DNA of 64,000 nt. Origin: a virus. The notes under the pieces were generated by a model, which did no database searches, was not told where the DNA came from, and saw only the letters and a list, made by a program, of their open reading frames with translations. A program made the translations under genes and the position numbers. Of the stretch, positions 45,837 through 55,718 are shown in pieces (position 1 is the first letter of the stretch; every line of letters starts with the position of its first letter). The DNA lies in the IMG/VR virus record IMGVR_UViG_3300045918_000131, positions 1-64,000 of that record; one strand, written 5' to 3'.

Positions 45837-47465
45837 TTACATTAAGGACCTGCTAGTGGTGCTGAGTTGAACTACAACATTACTATCTGTATTAATAGAT
45901 GTATACTGTAATACTATCTGTCCGTTACTTACAGTTGGATATAAAGTAACACCAACACCAGTATTTGATTCAATATATTCATCATCGTAAACAATTGATG
46001 ATCCATTAGTTGATATCTTCAATGCACCAGAACGACGTTCTAACCCAGCTGTAATAGAATATTCAACTATTGTAGGACTAAGGTTATAACCTACAATTAA
46101 GTTGTCGTCTTGATTAGTAACATTATTAGATAAAATAACAGTGTTTCCACCAATGCTAAGTTGCCTACCTAACATTACTTGTCCATTAGGTAACGTAGCA
46201 AAGCTTCCGCCAGTGTCATTTAATACAATACCCGGTGTAGCACCTTGATATGATACATCAAACATATCTCCAATACTATAACAATTTTTTCCTGCTAAAG
46301 ACACAGCAGGGCCATTTCCTCCTACATTCTTAAACGTATTAAATGAACTAACAATGTTGGTAACATCTAAACTTGGAGAATTTATTGCTATGTTTGTTAT
46401 GTTATCAAAGGTAACACCTGTTACTTTAACACCTGTAATATTAGTGTTGGGTAATGTTATTCCTGCACTTAGGCAAATACCTTGATATAACGTATCTTGT
46501 GTTCCGCCAATAATATTAACATTTGATAGATTTTTATCGCAGAATACAGAATATGTATTATACCCAAAGTCGCAATTTAAAAAAGTTATATTACTTGATA
46601 AAGTTTGACTTCCGGCTACTGTGCCGCCTGTCCCAATCTTAACACATGCTGAGATATTATTCGATGAAGGTGCTACAGGAATTGCACCTGTTGTATAAGA
46701 TCCTTTCATTGCCACTCTATTAAAATATACATCGGTTACCGAATCAAGATATACTAGCTCGTTAGAAACCTTATTTTGTATAGTTAAATCTTCTATCTCA
46801 AAATATCCAGGGGCTGTTACTGAAGAACTCGATGTCGCAATAGTTCCAGTAATACCAGTTATACCGTTTGAGTCGCAAGAACTTAATGCATAAGGTTGTG
46901 TTGGATCTGTTTGAATTATAAACGTTGAATTTTTACCATCGCCCTTAAGTTTTACATAAGGCAATAGACGAATAAAGTCACCAGATAAATTATACACTCC
47001 TGCAGGCAAGTGAATAGTTCTACGTACCATTGGTTGGTTTGTTAAGTTAATTCCCTGTCTATTAAACAAGTGTTGAATTGCATGATTTAGTGCTGTAACT
47101 TCATTTGCAACTCCGTCGCCGATACCGCCAACATCTCTAAAATTAACAAAATCATCTAATTTATCTTGTAATAATCTAGGGACAGAAATCGGAGAAGTAA
47201 GTGTATATAATGCTTCCCCAGCACCCCAAACTAAAGAGGTTTCAGCACCACTGAATTGATACATTCCGGCAATTTTAAAAATATCACTGTATTGTGTTAA
47301 TATTTCGGTATTACCGAGTACGGGTGTACCTTCGGTTAGTGTACCGTTACCGATGAATAGTTGTCTAGTATCATTTGCCCAACCTAACTCGGCACTTGAG
47401 AGTTGAGGTAAGTCTTCTTGGAGACCACGTCTTACTTGAATGCGACTAATTTGAAGTACTGCCAT
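45837..47465 (-). CDS. Tail/spike structural protein with a beta-helix (pectate-lyase-like) domain
   Basis: ISRIQVRRG..LPQL..ELG N-terminus; LQDKLDD.VN.RD.G..GDG; LPAGVY; GDG. Confidence 0.75.
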   Translation of the reverse strand: MAVLQISRIQVRRGLQEDLPQLSSAELGWANDTRQLFIGNGTLTEGTPVLGNTEILTQYSDIFKIAGMYQFSGAETSLVWGAGEALYTLTSPISVPRLLQDKLDDFVNFRDVGGIGDGVANEVTALNHAIQHLFNRQGINLTNQPMVRRTIHLPAGVYNLSGDFIRLLPYVKLKGDGKNSTFIIQTDPTQPYALSSCDSNGITGITGTIATSSSSVTAPGYFEIEDLTIQNKVSNELVYLDSVTDVYFNRVAMKGSYTTGAIPVAPSSNNISACVKIGTGGTVAGSQTLSSNITFLNCDFGYNTYSVFCDKNLSNVNIIGGTQDTLYQGICLSAGITLPNTNITGVKVTGVTFDNITNIAINSPSLDVTNIVSSFNTFKNVGGNGPAVSLAGKNCYSIGDMFDVSYQGATPGIVLNDTGGSFATLPNGQVMLGRQLSIGGNTVILSNNVTNQDDNLIVGYNLSPTIVEYSITAGLERRSGALKISTNGSSIVYDDEYIESNTGVGVTLYPTVSNGQIVLQYTSINTDSNVVVQLSTTSRSLM

Positions 47466-47532
47466 ATATTATAATCCTTACATGTATCTTATATTTATGC
47501 TTTATCCATCTGGATTGATCTTTTATTTGACA

Positions 47533-48234
47533 TCAAACTAACATTTCATAATATTTTTCAACACGGCGCCACATAATGTCTACGTACTTTGACCATTCTG
47601 CACCTTCTATTACCCATTGTTGGTATTCGCAAGCTCGACTACACATTAAAATAACACCGGTTTGTATATTAGTACCATATAACTTATTATGTGCTTCGCC
47701 GTACATAACTATTTGGATTTTATAATCCTCTACATATTCGTCTTTTTTGGGTTTATTTGTTTGTTTAAAGTCAAATATAGCTTCTTTACCTTTCCAACTT
47801 CCTGCTCCGTCGGTTGACCCAGCATATATTTCCGGATAATATAACGATATTTCATTACCCCAAATCTCATCAAAGTGAGCTAATCCTTCTTTAATAACTG
47901 TTTGCGCCATCGGGTGTGCTATTTGTTGTACTTGATTTGTACCAGGAGGTTTAACTATACCTTGACAGTAATTCTCAAGTATTTTATGCATGGCCGTTCC
48001 AACCCCCGCGGCTTCTGTTGTAATCTGTTGTGCTTTAGAATGACCAACCCAATCGCGCCATTTCTGCAGTGCAGCTTTAGACTCTTCAGATTTGGTTCTA
48101 TCGAGTATAGACGTTACACTTGGAAGATTTCCGGTTCCGGTTTGATAATGTCTTTTACCGTCAATATTAATCCTTGATAATGGTTGGTAATCGAATTTAT
48201 CTATTAAGTTAGGTGAATTATTAATTGTTATCAT
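47533..48234 (-). CDS. PD-(D/E)XK exonuclease (T4-like phage type)
   Basis: LPSVTSIL, GTAMH, E.SL, YAGSTD, DFKQ, Q...Y. Confidence 0.85.
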   Translation of the reverse strand: MITINNSPNLIDKFDYQPLSRINIDGKRHYQTGTGNLPSVTSILDRTKSEESKAALQKWRDWVGHSKAQQITTEAAGVGTAMHKILENYCQGIVKPPGTNQVQQIAHPMAQTVIKEGLAHFDEIWGNEISLYYPEIYAGSTDGAGSWKGKEAIFDFKQTNKPKKDEYVEDYKIQIVMYGEAHNKLYGTNIQTGVILMCSRACEYQQWVIEGAEWSKYVDIMWRRVEKYYEMLV

Positions 48235-48312
48235 GTTATTATTATATCATAATGACAGATAATAAAGCAACATTAATATTAACCTTATTGACAAACTGTA
48301 ATCCAGTCTATA

Positions 48313-48732
48313 TTAATGCTGTCTTTTCTTCAATGCTCTTTTACCCATATTGTTTACAGTCTCTTCTGGGCTCAGGGGTGGGAATTGATTAGTAGCTTGA
48401 TCTGTAGTTTTACTCTCAACATCACTACTGCCTGCTTTTCCGGGGTCTGAAGATAATGTCACTTCATCCTCATTATAATTAGCAATCAATTCTTTGACTA
48501 CCTCATTATTTTCATAAGCTGTACATAGAGTAGAGTAATCAAATGTATTATCGCCTGCATTTTGCACCATTTGAATTAAACTTTTAGTATGAATTTTGGG
48601 TGTCAACTCTTTTTCTTCGCTTCTCTTTTTAAGAAACATCAACACAGGTAACAGATTTACACTTAAAGAATTCTCATCTGATAACTGTTCAGAAGCACTA
48701 ACGTCTTCACTGATAATATCTTTTATTTTCAT
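48313..48732 (-). CDS. Head-associated protein with MKIKDIISED leader
   Basis: The first 29 nt are identical to those of the upstream paralog. Confidence 0.6.
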   Translation of the reverse strand: MKIKDIISEDVSASEQLSDENSLSVNLLPVLMFLKKRSEEKELTPKIHTKSLIQMVQNAGDNTFDYSTLCTAYENNEVVKELIANYNEDEVTLSSDPGKAGSSDVESKTTDQATNQFPPLSPEETVNNMGKRALKKRQH

Positions 48733-49202
48733 TTTCGGTTATTTAATGCGTGTTTAGCCATACCACCAACAGTTCTGACTGTATTTTCTTCGGCTTTTTG
48801 TTGTTGTTTTTCAGGGTCTTCGTTCTTTGCTGTTAATAACCCATCAGTCTTAAACTTAACTTTCTTTAAATCTATAGTATCGATATAATGTTGAATTTTA
48901 GGCGAAGCATTATTTATCTTAACTAGGTCAATATGTGTGAACGGAATCTTTAACTTTGATACTACAGAGTTAATAATAACAGGGGTTTCAATTTCGGTAA
49001 TGGTTTGTGCAATAAGTTTTCTAACGATATTAACGATAGCTTGTTCAACCCTAGGATCTACTTTAGTAGCTGTAGCAACTTCGAGGTCTTCATCTTCAAA
49101 TTCGTTCGTTTCTGGTTCAAGATCTAAAGTATTGGAATCCGGCATTGCAAGATCAAATTCTCTTCTATGCATGTCTTCACTGATAATATCTTTTATTTTC
49201 AT
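48729..49202 (-). CDS. Head-associated protein with MKIKDIISED leader (paralog)
   Basis: Shares the N-terminus and the C-terminal TV..M.K.AL..R with 48313-48732. Confidence 0.6.
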   Translation of the reverse strand: MKIKDIISEDMHRREFDLAMPDSNTLDLEPETNEFEDEDLEVATATKVDPRVEQAIVNIVRKLIAQTITEIETPVIINSVVSKLKIPFTHIDLVKINNASPKIQHYIDTIDLKKVKFKTDGLLTAKNEDPEKQQQKAEENTVRTVGGMAKHALNNRK

Positions 49203-49253
49203 ACTTATTTCCCTCAACTTATTAATTGGTATTTCTATTATTGATGCTATAAC

Positions 49254-49964
49254 TTAACGTCTTTCGCGTCCTACTGGAGCACCCATGGATGGATCTTCTG
49301 ATGTTGCCATATCCGCCGATGGTTCTTCTGCGGTTGCTACATCTCCGTCGGTTGCTATATCCGCAGTTTGTGCATCTCCTGGCATACCCATTGGAGCAGT
49401 CTCTCCTTCGCCCGACAGTGTGCGTGTTGAATTATCTAGTTGATCACGTGCTTGACTTAATTGTTGCAATAGTGTGCCTAATAACTGTCCCACTGAGATC
49501 TTGAATGTGTCGCCCTCAACAGCGCCGATTTGATCTCTGATAGAGTCGATTAACGCTGGTAATTGCTCATTTTGCATTTTACCTACTTTTTCTATCATAT
49601 CCTGAACTGAATCTACCATATCTTTAGCGGCTAACATTACTTCTGCTTGTCCTAGTTCGCCCTCATATATCTTACGTCTTTGCTCTTGTAATTTACGCGA
49701 TTCTTGTAATTTGTAAGCGTCAACCCAACGAGATAAACCTTCGTATACTATTAACATCTCAAGATACTGTGGATCTTGTTCAGCTGTATGTACAGCACTT
49801 GATTTGCGTATTGAATTAACTGTTTCCATAATTTTACCACGCATCGTTTCTGCTTTGCGTAAAGTAATATTATTGTAATTGATTGAGAACCCAAATCTAG
49901 ACTCGATAACTTTGTTAAGTTGCTTTGCTGTAGGGGTTTTTGGGATAAATTGATCTAGTTTCAT
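49254..49964 (-). CDS. Putative prohead core/scaffold-like helical protein
   Basis: LQE motifs, AEVMLAAKDMVD..Q.M.E, acidic tail ending GRERR. Confidence 0.5.
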   Translation of the reverse strand: MKLDQFIPKTPTAKQLNKVIESRFGFSINYNNITLRKAETMRGKIMETVNSIRKSSAVHTAEQDPQYLEMLIVYEGLSRWVDAYKLQESRKLQEQRRKIYEGELGQAEVMLAAKDMVDSVQDMIEKVGKMQNEQLPALIDSIRDQIGAVEGDTFKISVGQLLGTLLQQLSQARDQLDNSTRTLSGEGETAPMGMPGDAQTADIATDGDVATAEEPSADMATSEDPSMGAPVGRERR

Positions 49965-50031
49965 GTTCTTCTTTCCTTAAATATGCATATATGTTATTTA
50001 GTCAAAGTTAAAAAAATTGTAAATTTCTTAG

Positions 50032-50535
50032 TCACTTGATGATAACATACTTTTTAACAATTTCTAAATAACTTAATAGTTCTCGCCTATATAGTTTCAA
50101 ACTATCACTACATGTAGAATAACGACTACTATATAGACTTATTTTAAACTCGTCGTTGTTTATATGTGCATTGTCTAACCTTGCCCTATATAACAACTTG
50201 TCTAAATCTAATTTACTAACTATTCTATCTAATTTAAGTAATGTTTCTGCTTCGATTATTTTATTTAGATGTAATAACGCACAATAAAATATTGCACTAC
50301 GTTTTTCTGTAAAGTCATTATTATTAACATACCAACAGTGATCTGATATCTTTTCTATTAGATAGGTTGCAACTAAAAAATTACCGTTACTTAAAGCAAT
50401 ACATATTGGATATTGACTATTCTTCTGTAGGTCAGATATTTCTTGCCGAGTCCAAGATTTTACTCTAGTGAACCCATATGATTCTATTCTATCCATCGTT
50501 TTAGATGGTTTACCTAATTTTTTTCGTGTATTCAA
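50032..50535 (-). CDS. Hypothetical protein
   Basis: ORF in the late operon. Confidence 0.6.
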   Translation of the reverse strand: MNTRKKLGKPSKTMDRIESYGFTRVKSWTRQEISDLQKNSQYPICIALSNGNFLVATYLIEKISDHCWYVNNNDFTEKRSAIFYCALLHLNKIIEAETLLKLDRIVSKLDLDKLLYRARLDNAHINNDEFKISLYSSRYSTCSDSLKLYRRELLSYLEIVKKYVIIK

Positions 50536-50722
50536 TTTTACCCTGCGAATTCTTTTTTCTTTTTAACACGGATTTACTTACTAGTTGATTTGCTATAATC
50601 TGTTCTCGTTCGTCAAATTTTGATTTCAGTATTACCTGTGTATCATCGAACTTTTTCAGTAGCTCTGATTCCTCATTATTGATCATTATGTTAATTTTAG
50701 TTAATAATTCTACTATTTTCAT
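50510..50722 (-). CDS. Hypothetical protein
   Basis: ORF in the late operon. Confidence 0.6.
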   Translation of the reverse strand: MKIVELLTKINIMINNEESELLKKFDDTQVILKSKFDEREQIIANQLVSKSVLKRKKNSQGKIEYTKKIR

Positions 50723-50731
50723 TTTTTGTTC

Positions 50732-51163
50732 CTAAATTCTTATAGATTCAAAGTATGTATTTGTATCTGGGCCTGATACACAAAATGCATGAGTAGGTAT
50801 AATTACAGACTCGTCTAATCCTAATATTACAGGAACGTTAGTAAAATCCTCTTCCAATGCTCCAAATAAGCTATTTGAATTAGAATATACCGCAGCTTGT
50901 TCAACCCCAAATTTAAAAGTCCATACAGCTTGACTACCTGTAAAATTACTGCCAAATCTAGAGTTAGTAATATTTAATTGTAACACTTCAGGTACACTCA
51001 TTGTTAATAACTGTGTTCGTAATCCTAAACATTGTAATACTGCTTCAAAATTTCGTTGTTGATTACGCTGTTTTGAATTGCCAGCTACTACATTTGTTTG
51101 TGTGATATCTACTAAAGTCCATCCTACAGCTAAGTGCAATAAAATACTATCGTCATTATTCAT
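50732..51163 (-). CDS. Hypothetical conserved phage protein
   Basis: TLVDITQT...RNQQRNFE..LQ..GLR.Q. Confidence 0.65.
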   Translation of the reverse strand: MNNDDSILLHLAVGWTLVDITQTNVVAGNSKQRNQQRNFEAVLQCLGLRTQLLTMSVPEVLQLNITNSRFGSNFTGSQAVWTFKFGVEQAAVYSNSNSLFGALEEDFTNVPVILGLDESVIIPTHAFCVSGPDTNTYFESIRI

Positions 51164-51267
51164 ATTATGAAAATCCTATTAATAGTATTTATTGTCAAAA
51201 ATTTTAGTCAAAATAAAACCCTAATTTTTCAACTAGGGTTTTATAGATCTTCTACGTTATGGTGATA

Positions 51268-51606
51268 TTAAGCAAACATCATTCCGCCAGTACTTGTTAC
51301 TACAGCACCAGTTAAACCAGCAGCAACTACGGCAGCAGTAGCAGCAGCATCACTTGCAAAACCATGTGATTCCATCAATACGCTTAATTGATCAGCATCT
51401 GCTTGATAAGCAATAACTGTACCACCAATGCATAATGCACGGATTGCTGTTTCTACTTGACCGTCAACACCTGTGCCAGCACCAATGCCAGTTAATACTA
51501 CTTTGAAAGCTGTTGGGTGCTTTCCAATACCAGTAGATACAATCTTGCCTGAATCTACGTTTACTACACCCCTTGAATCGCCATGAACGCGTGATAAAAT
51601 AGCCAT
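51268..51606 (-). CDS. Small Ala/Gly-rich, probably abundant virion protein
   Basis: Perfect TATAAATA (51649-51656), AGGAG RBS, own terminator at 51216-51243. Confidence 0.6.
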   Translation of the reverse strand: MAILSRVHGDSRGVVNVDSGKIVSTGIGKHPTAFKVVLTGIGAGTGVDGQVETAIRALCIGGTVIAYQADADQLSVLMESHGFASDAAATAAVVAAGLTGAVVTSTGGMMFA

Positions 51607-51702
51607 TTTTTTCTCCTAATTAAATTGTAGTTAAAAACTACATACACTTATTTATACCGATTGGCATTTAATTAAGTACTATGTTAATTATTACCAAAAT
51701 TA

Positions 51703-52377
51703 TTAGCCAATAACCCAAGGGTCAACGATAACGGGAGTATTATTTCTTAGCATGTAATTACCTTGATGTAAGTCAAAATTCCAACCGTAATCGTATCCTA
51801 TTCTGTCTATATCAAACACTGTTTGAACTAGTAACTCTAAATGTTTTCCTGCTATCTTTTTGAGTTGTTTGTAGTATATTACATTATCAAAAGAACTATC
51901 AAACATATATTCGTAATAACCTTCATGGATGTTCGATCTAGAGTAGTATGCACTATTCTCCGTAATATATTCTGACAGTGATAATAAGGCTTCGCCATAC
52001 TGTCCGGCTTCTGTTAAACGTTCCATACGTATCTGTAGGTACATACGTTCGTCAAATATAAACTTCTCAAAACCATCAAACCTTGGCAAAAAAGGATTGT
52101 TACTATTTTTACAGTAGTTAGCCCAAAATACAAACATCTCTTGATCGCTGCTTAATTGTGAACTACTTTCACCAAACGTGTTGGTTTCTTTTGTTCCAAA
52201 TATTTTAAGTACCTTACCTGTTCCAGGCTCTAAAAAAGCTGTTTGATCGGCTCCAGCAAAACCAAGTTGTTTATATCCTTTTTGACGTAGTACTTTGTAT
52301 ATATCAGAATGTGTGGAAGACTATTCTTCTAGATTTTCTTCCTCAATTATTGATACCTTTAGATCTTGTATTCTCAT
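51703..52377 (-). pseudogene. Protein-kinase-like (APH/ePK fold) gene interrupted by an in-frame TAG at codon 19
   Basis: MRIQDLK...NLEE*SSTH...GFAGADQTAF...VLKIFG...DLHQGNYM...IVDPW. Paralog 59193-59843 has LDEW at the equivalent position. Confidence 0.75.
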
Positions 52378-54587
52378 TTAACTACTCCTTTTGCAACAAA
52401 CATTGTAAAATCTTCTATAGATAACGGTTTACTAAAAAGATATCCTTGATAATACTTACAACCGTAATCAAACAATGTTTGTCTTTGTTCTTCGGTCTCG
52501 ACACCTTCGGCAATAACTTCTAACCCCAAGCCCTGTGCCATTGCTATAATAGTTTTAACTATAGCTTTATCGTTGTTACTGAATTGTAAATCTCTAACAA
52601 AAGATTTATCTATTTTGAGCTGATTTAATGGTAATATTTTTAAATATTGTAAGGAAGAAAATCCGGTTCCAAAGTCATCTAATGAAAAGTGTATACCTAG
52701 TTTCCTTAATTGATTAATGACAGATATTGATGTATCTACATTTTCTAATAATATACTCTCTGTAGGTTCTAATTTAAGCAATGTTGTGTCGAATTGATAT
52801 TTATGTATTAATTTATGTACATTAGATACAAAATTAGGATCTAAGAATTGTTTTGCACTTACGTTAACAGATATAGTTAATTTTTGCGTAGTAACGTCAT
52901 CTTTCCATAGCGTTAGTTGCTTACAGGCAGCTTCTAATACCCAATATCCTATGGGAATAATTAACCCTGTATCTTCTGCTACGGGAATAAAAACTATCGG
53001 AGATATTTCTAATTCTTGTTTATTAGAATTCCATCTAAGTAATGCTTCTGCACCAATTATATTATAATTTTCGTCGACTTGCGCCTGGTAGTGTAATGTA
53101 AACTCATTATTGTCAATAGCTGTTCTAAGTTTACTTTCTATATAAACCCTAGATGTAATATATGCTTGCATTTTTGGATCAAAAAATCGAATTGTGTTTT
53201 TACCTGCCTTTTTAGCTTGGTACATGGCAATATCTGCCTGTCTTAATATATCATCTACTTCACTAGTTTCTTGATTAAACAATGTGGCACCTATACTTGC
53301 AGTTATATTATAACTGCAATTTGGTAATATAATTTCGTCAATTAAAGACGTTAAAATTTTATTACTATATAGTTCTACTTGTGCGGCTGCTACTTGTAAG
53401 TTAACATCTAAATCGTGTAACATAACTACAAACTCGTCGCCGCCAAAACGGGCGACAGTATGTCCTACACGTAAACATTTCTCAATACGCCATGCTACTT
53501 GTTGTAACATAGTGTCCCCAATAACATATCCAAGCGACTCGTTCAAATATTTAAAGTTATCTAAATCTATGAATAATACTGCTCCGTACTTATTATTTAA
53601 CGACGTGTTAGATAAGGCTACCTGTAATCTATCTAATAACAATCTTTTATTAGGTAAACGTGTAAGCGTATCATAAAAGGCTAATAATTGTATTTCATCA
53701 GCAGCATCTTTATTGATTTTAATATCGGTTACTGTAGCGATGTAATTAGTTATAGTACCAAAAGAATTTTTAACAGCGGAAATATGTAAATGTTCTGGAT
53801 ATAACTCTCCGTTCTTACGTTTATTCCATATTTCCCCGCTCCAAAATCCTAGTTTATTAATTTCTGCCCATAGTCTAGTGTAAAATTCTTTCGTGTGTCT
53901 ACCAGAACTAAAGATTCTAGGGTTCTTACCTAATAGCTCGTGTTCTGAAAATCCTGTGATATTACAAAAAGATTGATTTACACGTAATATATTAGCTTGA
54001 GCATCTGTTACTATCATACCAACTTGCGAATTAAAAATCACAGCGGATATCTTCTCTTCTAAGAATCTTTTATTACGATCCGTAATATCATCTAACATCA
54101 TGCATAAAGTTGTACCATTTAACGTAGTCTTTAAACGACAGTTAACTTTACCATGCCTGATTGATTCGTTTAAAATAAAGTCTATATCAATTGAATGTTT
54201 TTGTGTATTATTTTTATCTATCATTATACTATCAAAGAAGTGTATCCATAGATCTTTATCTGCTATATGTTGTTTAAAACAACACCCAATGGCTGTATTC
54301 TTAGTAATTCCCAAAAGTTCGCACCCTGCATTATTGATATCTTGAATTTCACCACTGATCGACAATGAAAGGTAAGCTATAGGAGCAGTTTCAAACATAG
54401 TAACATAATCATCATGCGATTGAATTAATTTTACATGAGATAGCTTTAATTCTTCTAGTTGATTTTTTAACTCAAATTGACATTTTTCGCTTTCACGTAA
54501 AAGACGCTTGTAATTAACGGTTACTGGGTTAGTATCGTTATCTAAGGGGTCACATTTGTTTGTATTTGTGTTGTGGATTTTATTCAT
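52374..54587 (-). CDS. PAS-PAS-GGDEF-EAL diguanylate cyclase/phosphodiesterase
   Basis: Two PAS domains; YDTLTRLPN, FIDLDNFK, ARFGGDEF; EALLRW, VNVS, DDFGTGFSSL, LKIDKSF, AEGVET, QGYLF all intact; GGATAAATA at 54614-54622. Confidence 0.95.
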   Translation of the reverse strand: MNKIHNTNTNKCDPLDNDTNPVTVNYKRLLRESEKCQFELKNQLEELKLSHVKLIQSHDDYVTMFETAPIAYLSLSISGEIQDINNAGCELLGITKNTAIGCCFKQHIADKDLWIHFFDSIMIDKNNTQKHSIDIDFILNESIRHGKVNCRLKTTLNGTTLCMMLDDITDRNKRFLEEKISAVIFNSQVGMIVTDAQANILRVNQSFCNITGFSEHELLGKNPRIFSSGRHTKEFYTRLWAEINKLGFWSGEIWNKRKNGELYPEHLHISAVKNSFGTITNYIATVTDIKINKDAADEIQLLAFYDTLTRLPNKRLLLDRLQVALSNTSLNNKYGAVLFIDLDNFKYLNESLGYVIGDTMLQQVAWRIEKCLRVGHTVARFGGDEFVVMLHDLDVNLQVAAAQVELYSNKILTSLIDEIILPNCSYNITASIGATLFNQETSEVDDILRQADIAMYQAKKAGKNTIRFFDPKMQAYITSRVYIESKLRTAIDNNEFTLHYQAQVDENYNIIGAEALLRWNSNKQELEISPIVFIPVAEDTGLIIPIGYWVLEAACKQLTLWKDDVTTQKLTISVNVSAKQFLDPNFVSNVHKLIHKYQFDTTLLKLEPTESILLENVDTSISVINQLRKLGIHFSLDDFGTGFSSLQYLKILPLNQLKIDKSFVRDLQFSNNDKAIVKTIIAMAQGLGLEVIAEGVETEEQRQTLFDYGCKYYQGYLFSKPLSIEDFTMFVAKGVVK

Positions 54588-54658
54588 TCTATCTAATCAC
54601 TCAATATATTAGTTATTTATCCATTGCGATCAGGATAAGATTACTATATTTGTTAATA

Positions 54659-55525
54659 TTAATAGTTTGTGGACACAGAATCAAGTGTTTTGAGTTTAAT
54701 GACATCATCGCCGTCGGTTGTGTCTGATGTCATCAGGTTCAACGTATTACGTTTGGAATTCTCAGCTAAGTATTCTAATTCAGGTACACGAGTATGAGTA
54801 TTATGCGATCCCAATACTACAACGACACGCTTACCAACAGACGTTATTAGCATTGAAGCAATACAACCACCAGAAGCTCGGATATAACCCGTTTTACTTA
54901 CAATGAATTTACCAGTACCTACATTGTGATTAGTGTTATTAAATACTAACGTTCTAGCATGTATTGACGTCCGATGTCTATGTTTAACATAAATTGCTCT
55001 ACTAATAGTAATAGAAAAAGAAGAAGTAATAGCAGCTTGTTGAACTTCTGGATAACTCTGAGCAGCTATTATCGCTAATACTAAGTCGTTAGCTGTTGAT
55101 ACATTCATTATACTCAATCCTGAAGGTTCAACCAATCTAGAATGTATCATACCTAAATTCTGTACTTTTGTATTTAACGCCCTAATACATGCTTGTCTAC
55201 CTCCAGGATAATAATTACATAACATATCAGCTGCTGGATTATTTGAGCTAACTAACGCCATTTGTATTAATTGACGTCTAGTATAATTTTTAGATACTTT
55301 ATCGTCTAGATCCTGTTTAGCATCTAATACAATCATAACTGTAATTAATTTGCTAATACTTGCTATTGAACGAACTTGATCTGAATTTTCTGATTGAATA
55401 ACTTTTCCAGAATCATCTGTTACTACCCAGGATTTGGCAGTAATAGGTATAGCATAAGCTTGAGCTACTATTGACGACGACAACAACAATAATATAGCAC
55501 TTGCGGTAAGAATTCTAAACATCAC
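54659..55525 (-). CDS. Serine D-Ala-D-Ala peptidase (S11, PbpG/PBP7-like), secreted
   Basis: Signal peptide; SIASISK (SxxK), SSN (SxN), KTG. Confidence 0.88.
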   Translation of the reverse strand: MMFRILTASAILLLLSSSIVAQAYAIPITAKSWVVTDDSGKVIQSENSDQVRSIASISKLITVMIVLDAKQDLDDKVSKNYTRRQLIQMALVSSNNPAADMLCNYYPGGRQACIRALNTKVQNLGMIHSRLVEPSGLSIMNVSTANDLVLAIIAAQSYPEVQQAAITSSFSITISRAIYVKHRHRTSIHARTLVFNNTNHNVGTGKFIVSKTGYIRASGGCIASMLITSVGKRVVVVLGSHNTHTRVPELEYLAENSKRNTLNLMTSDTTDGDDVIKLKTLDSVSTNY

Positions 55526-55718
55526 GTTACTTTCTATTTGGGTTATACCATAAACCTGTATATGGCATTATTAAACTATTTTCTGGAATCATTGATGAGT
55601 ATCTATCATTTTTCCAATATCCACATATACCGTGTTCTAAATGTGTCATCTTCTGTTGGGAACTCTGGATACACAGTTATATCAGATGACATTGGATTAA
55701 TTACACGCTCTGTCTCGG

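Noticed and set aside
2842-52323. Alternative genetic code (TGA or TAG recoding) suggested by in-frame stops at probable Trp positions
   Set aside because: TAG and TGA terminate genes at conserved C-termini, and long core genes are uninterrupted in code 11. Only two isolated cases were seen.
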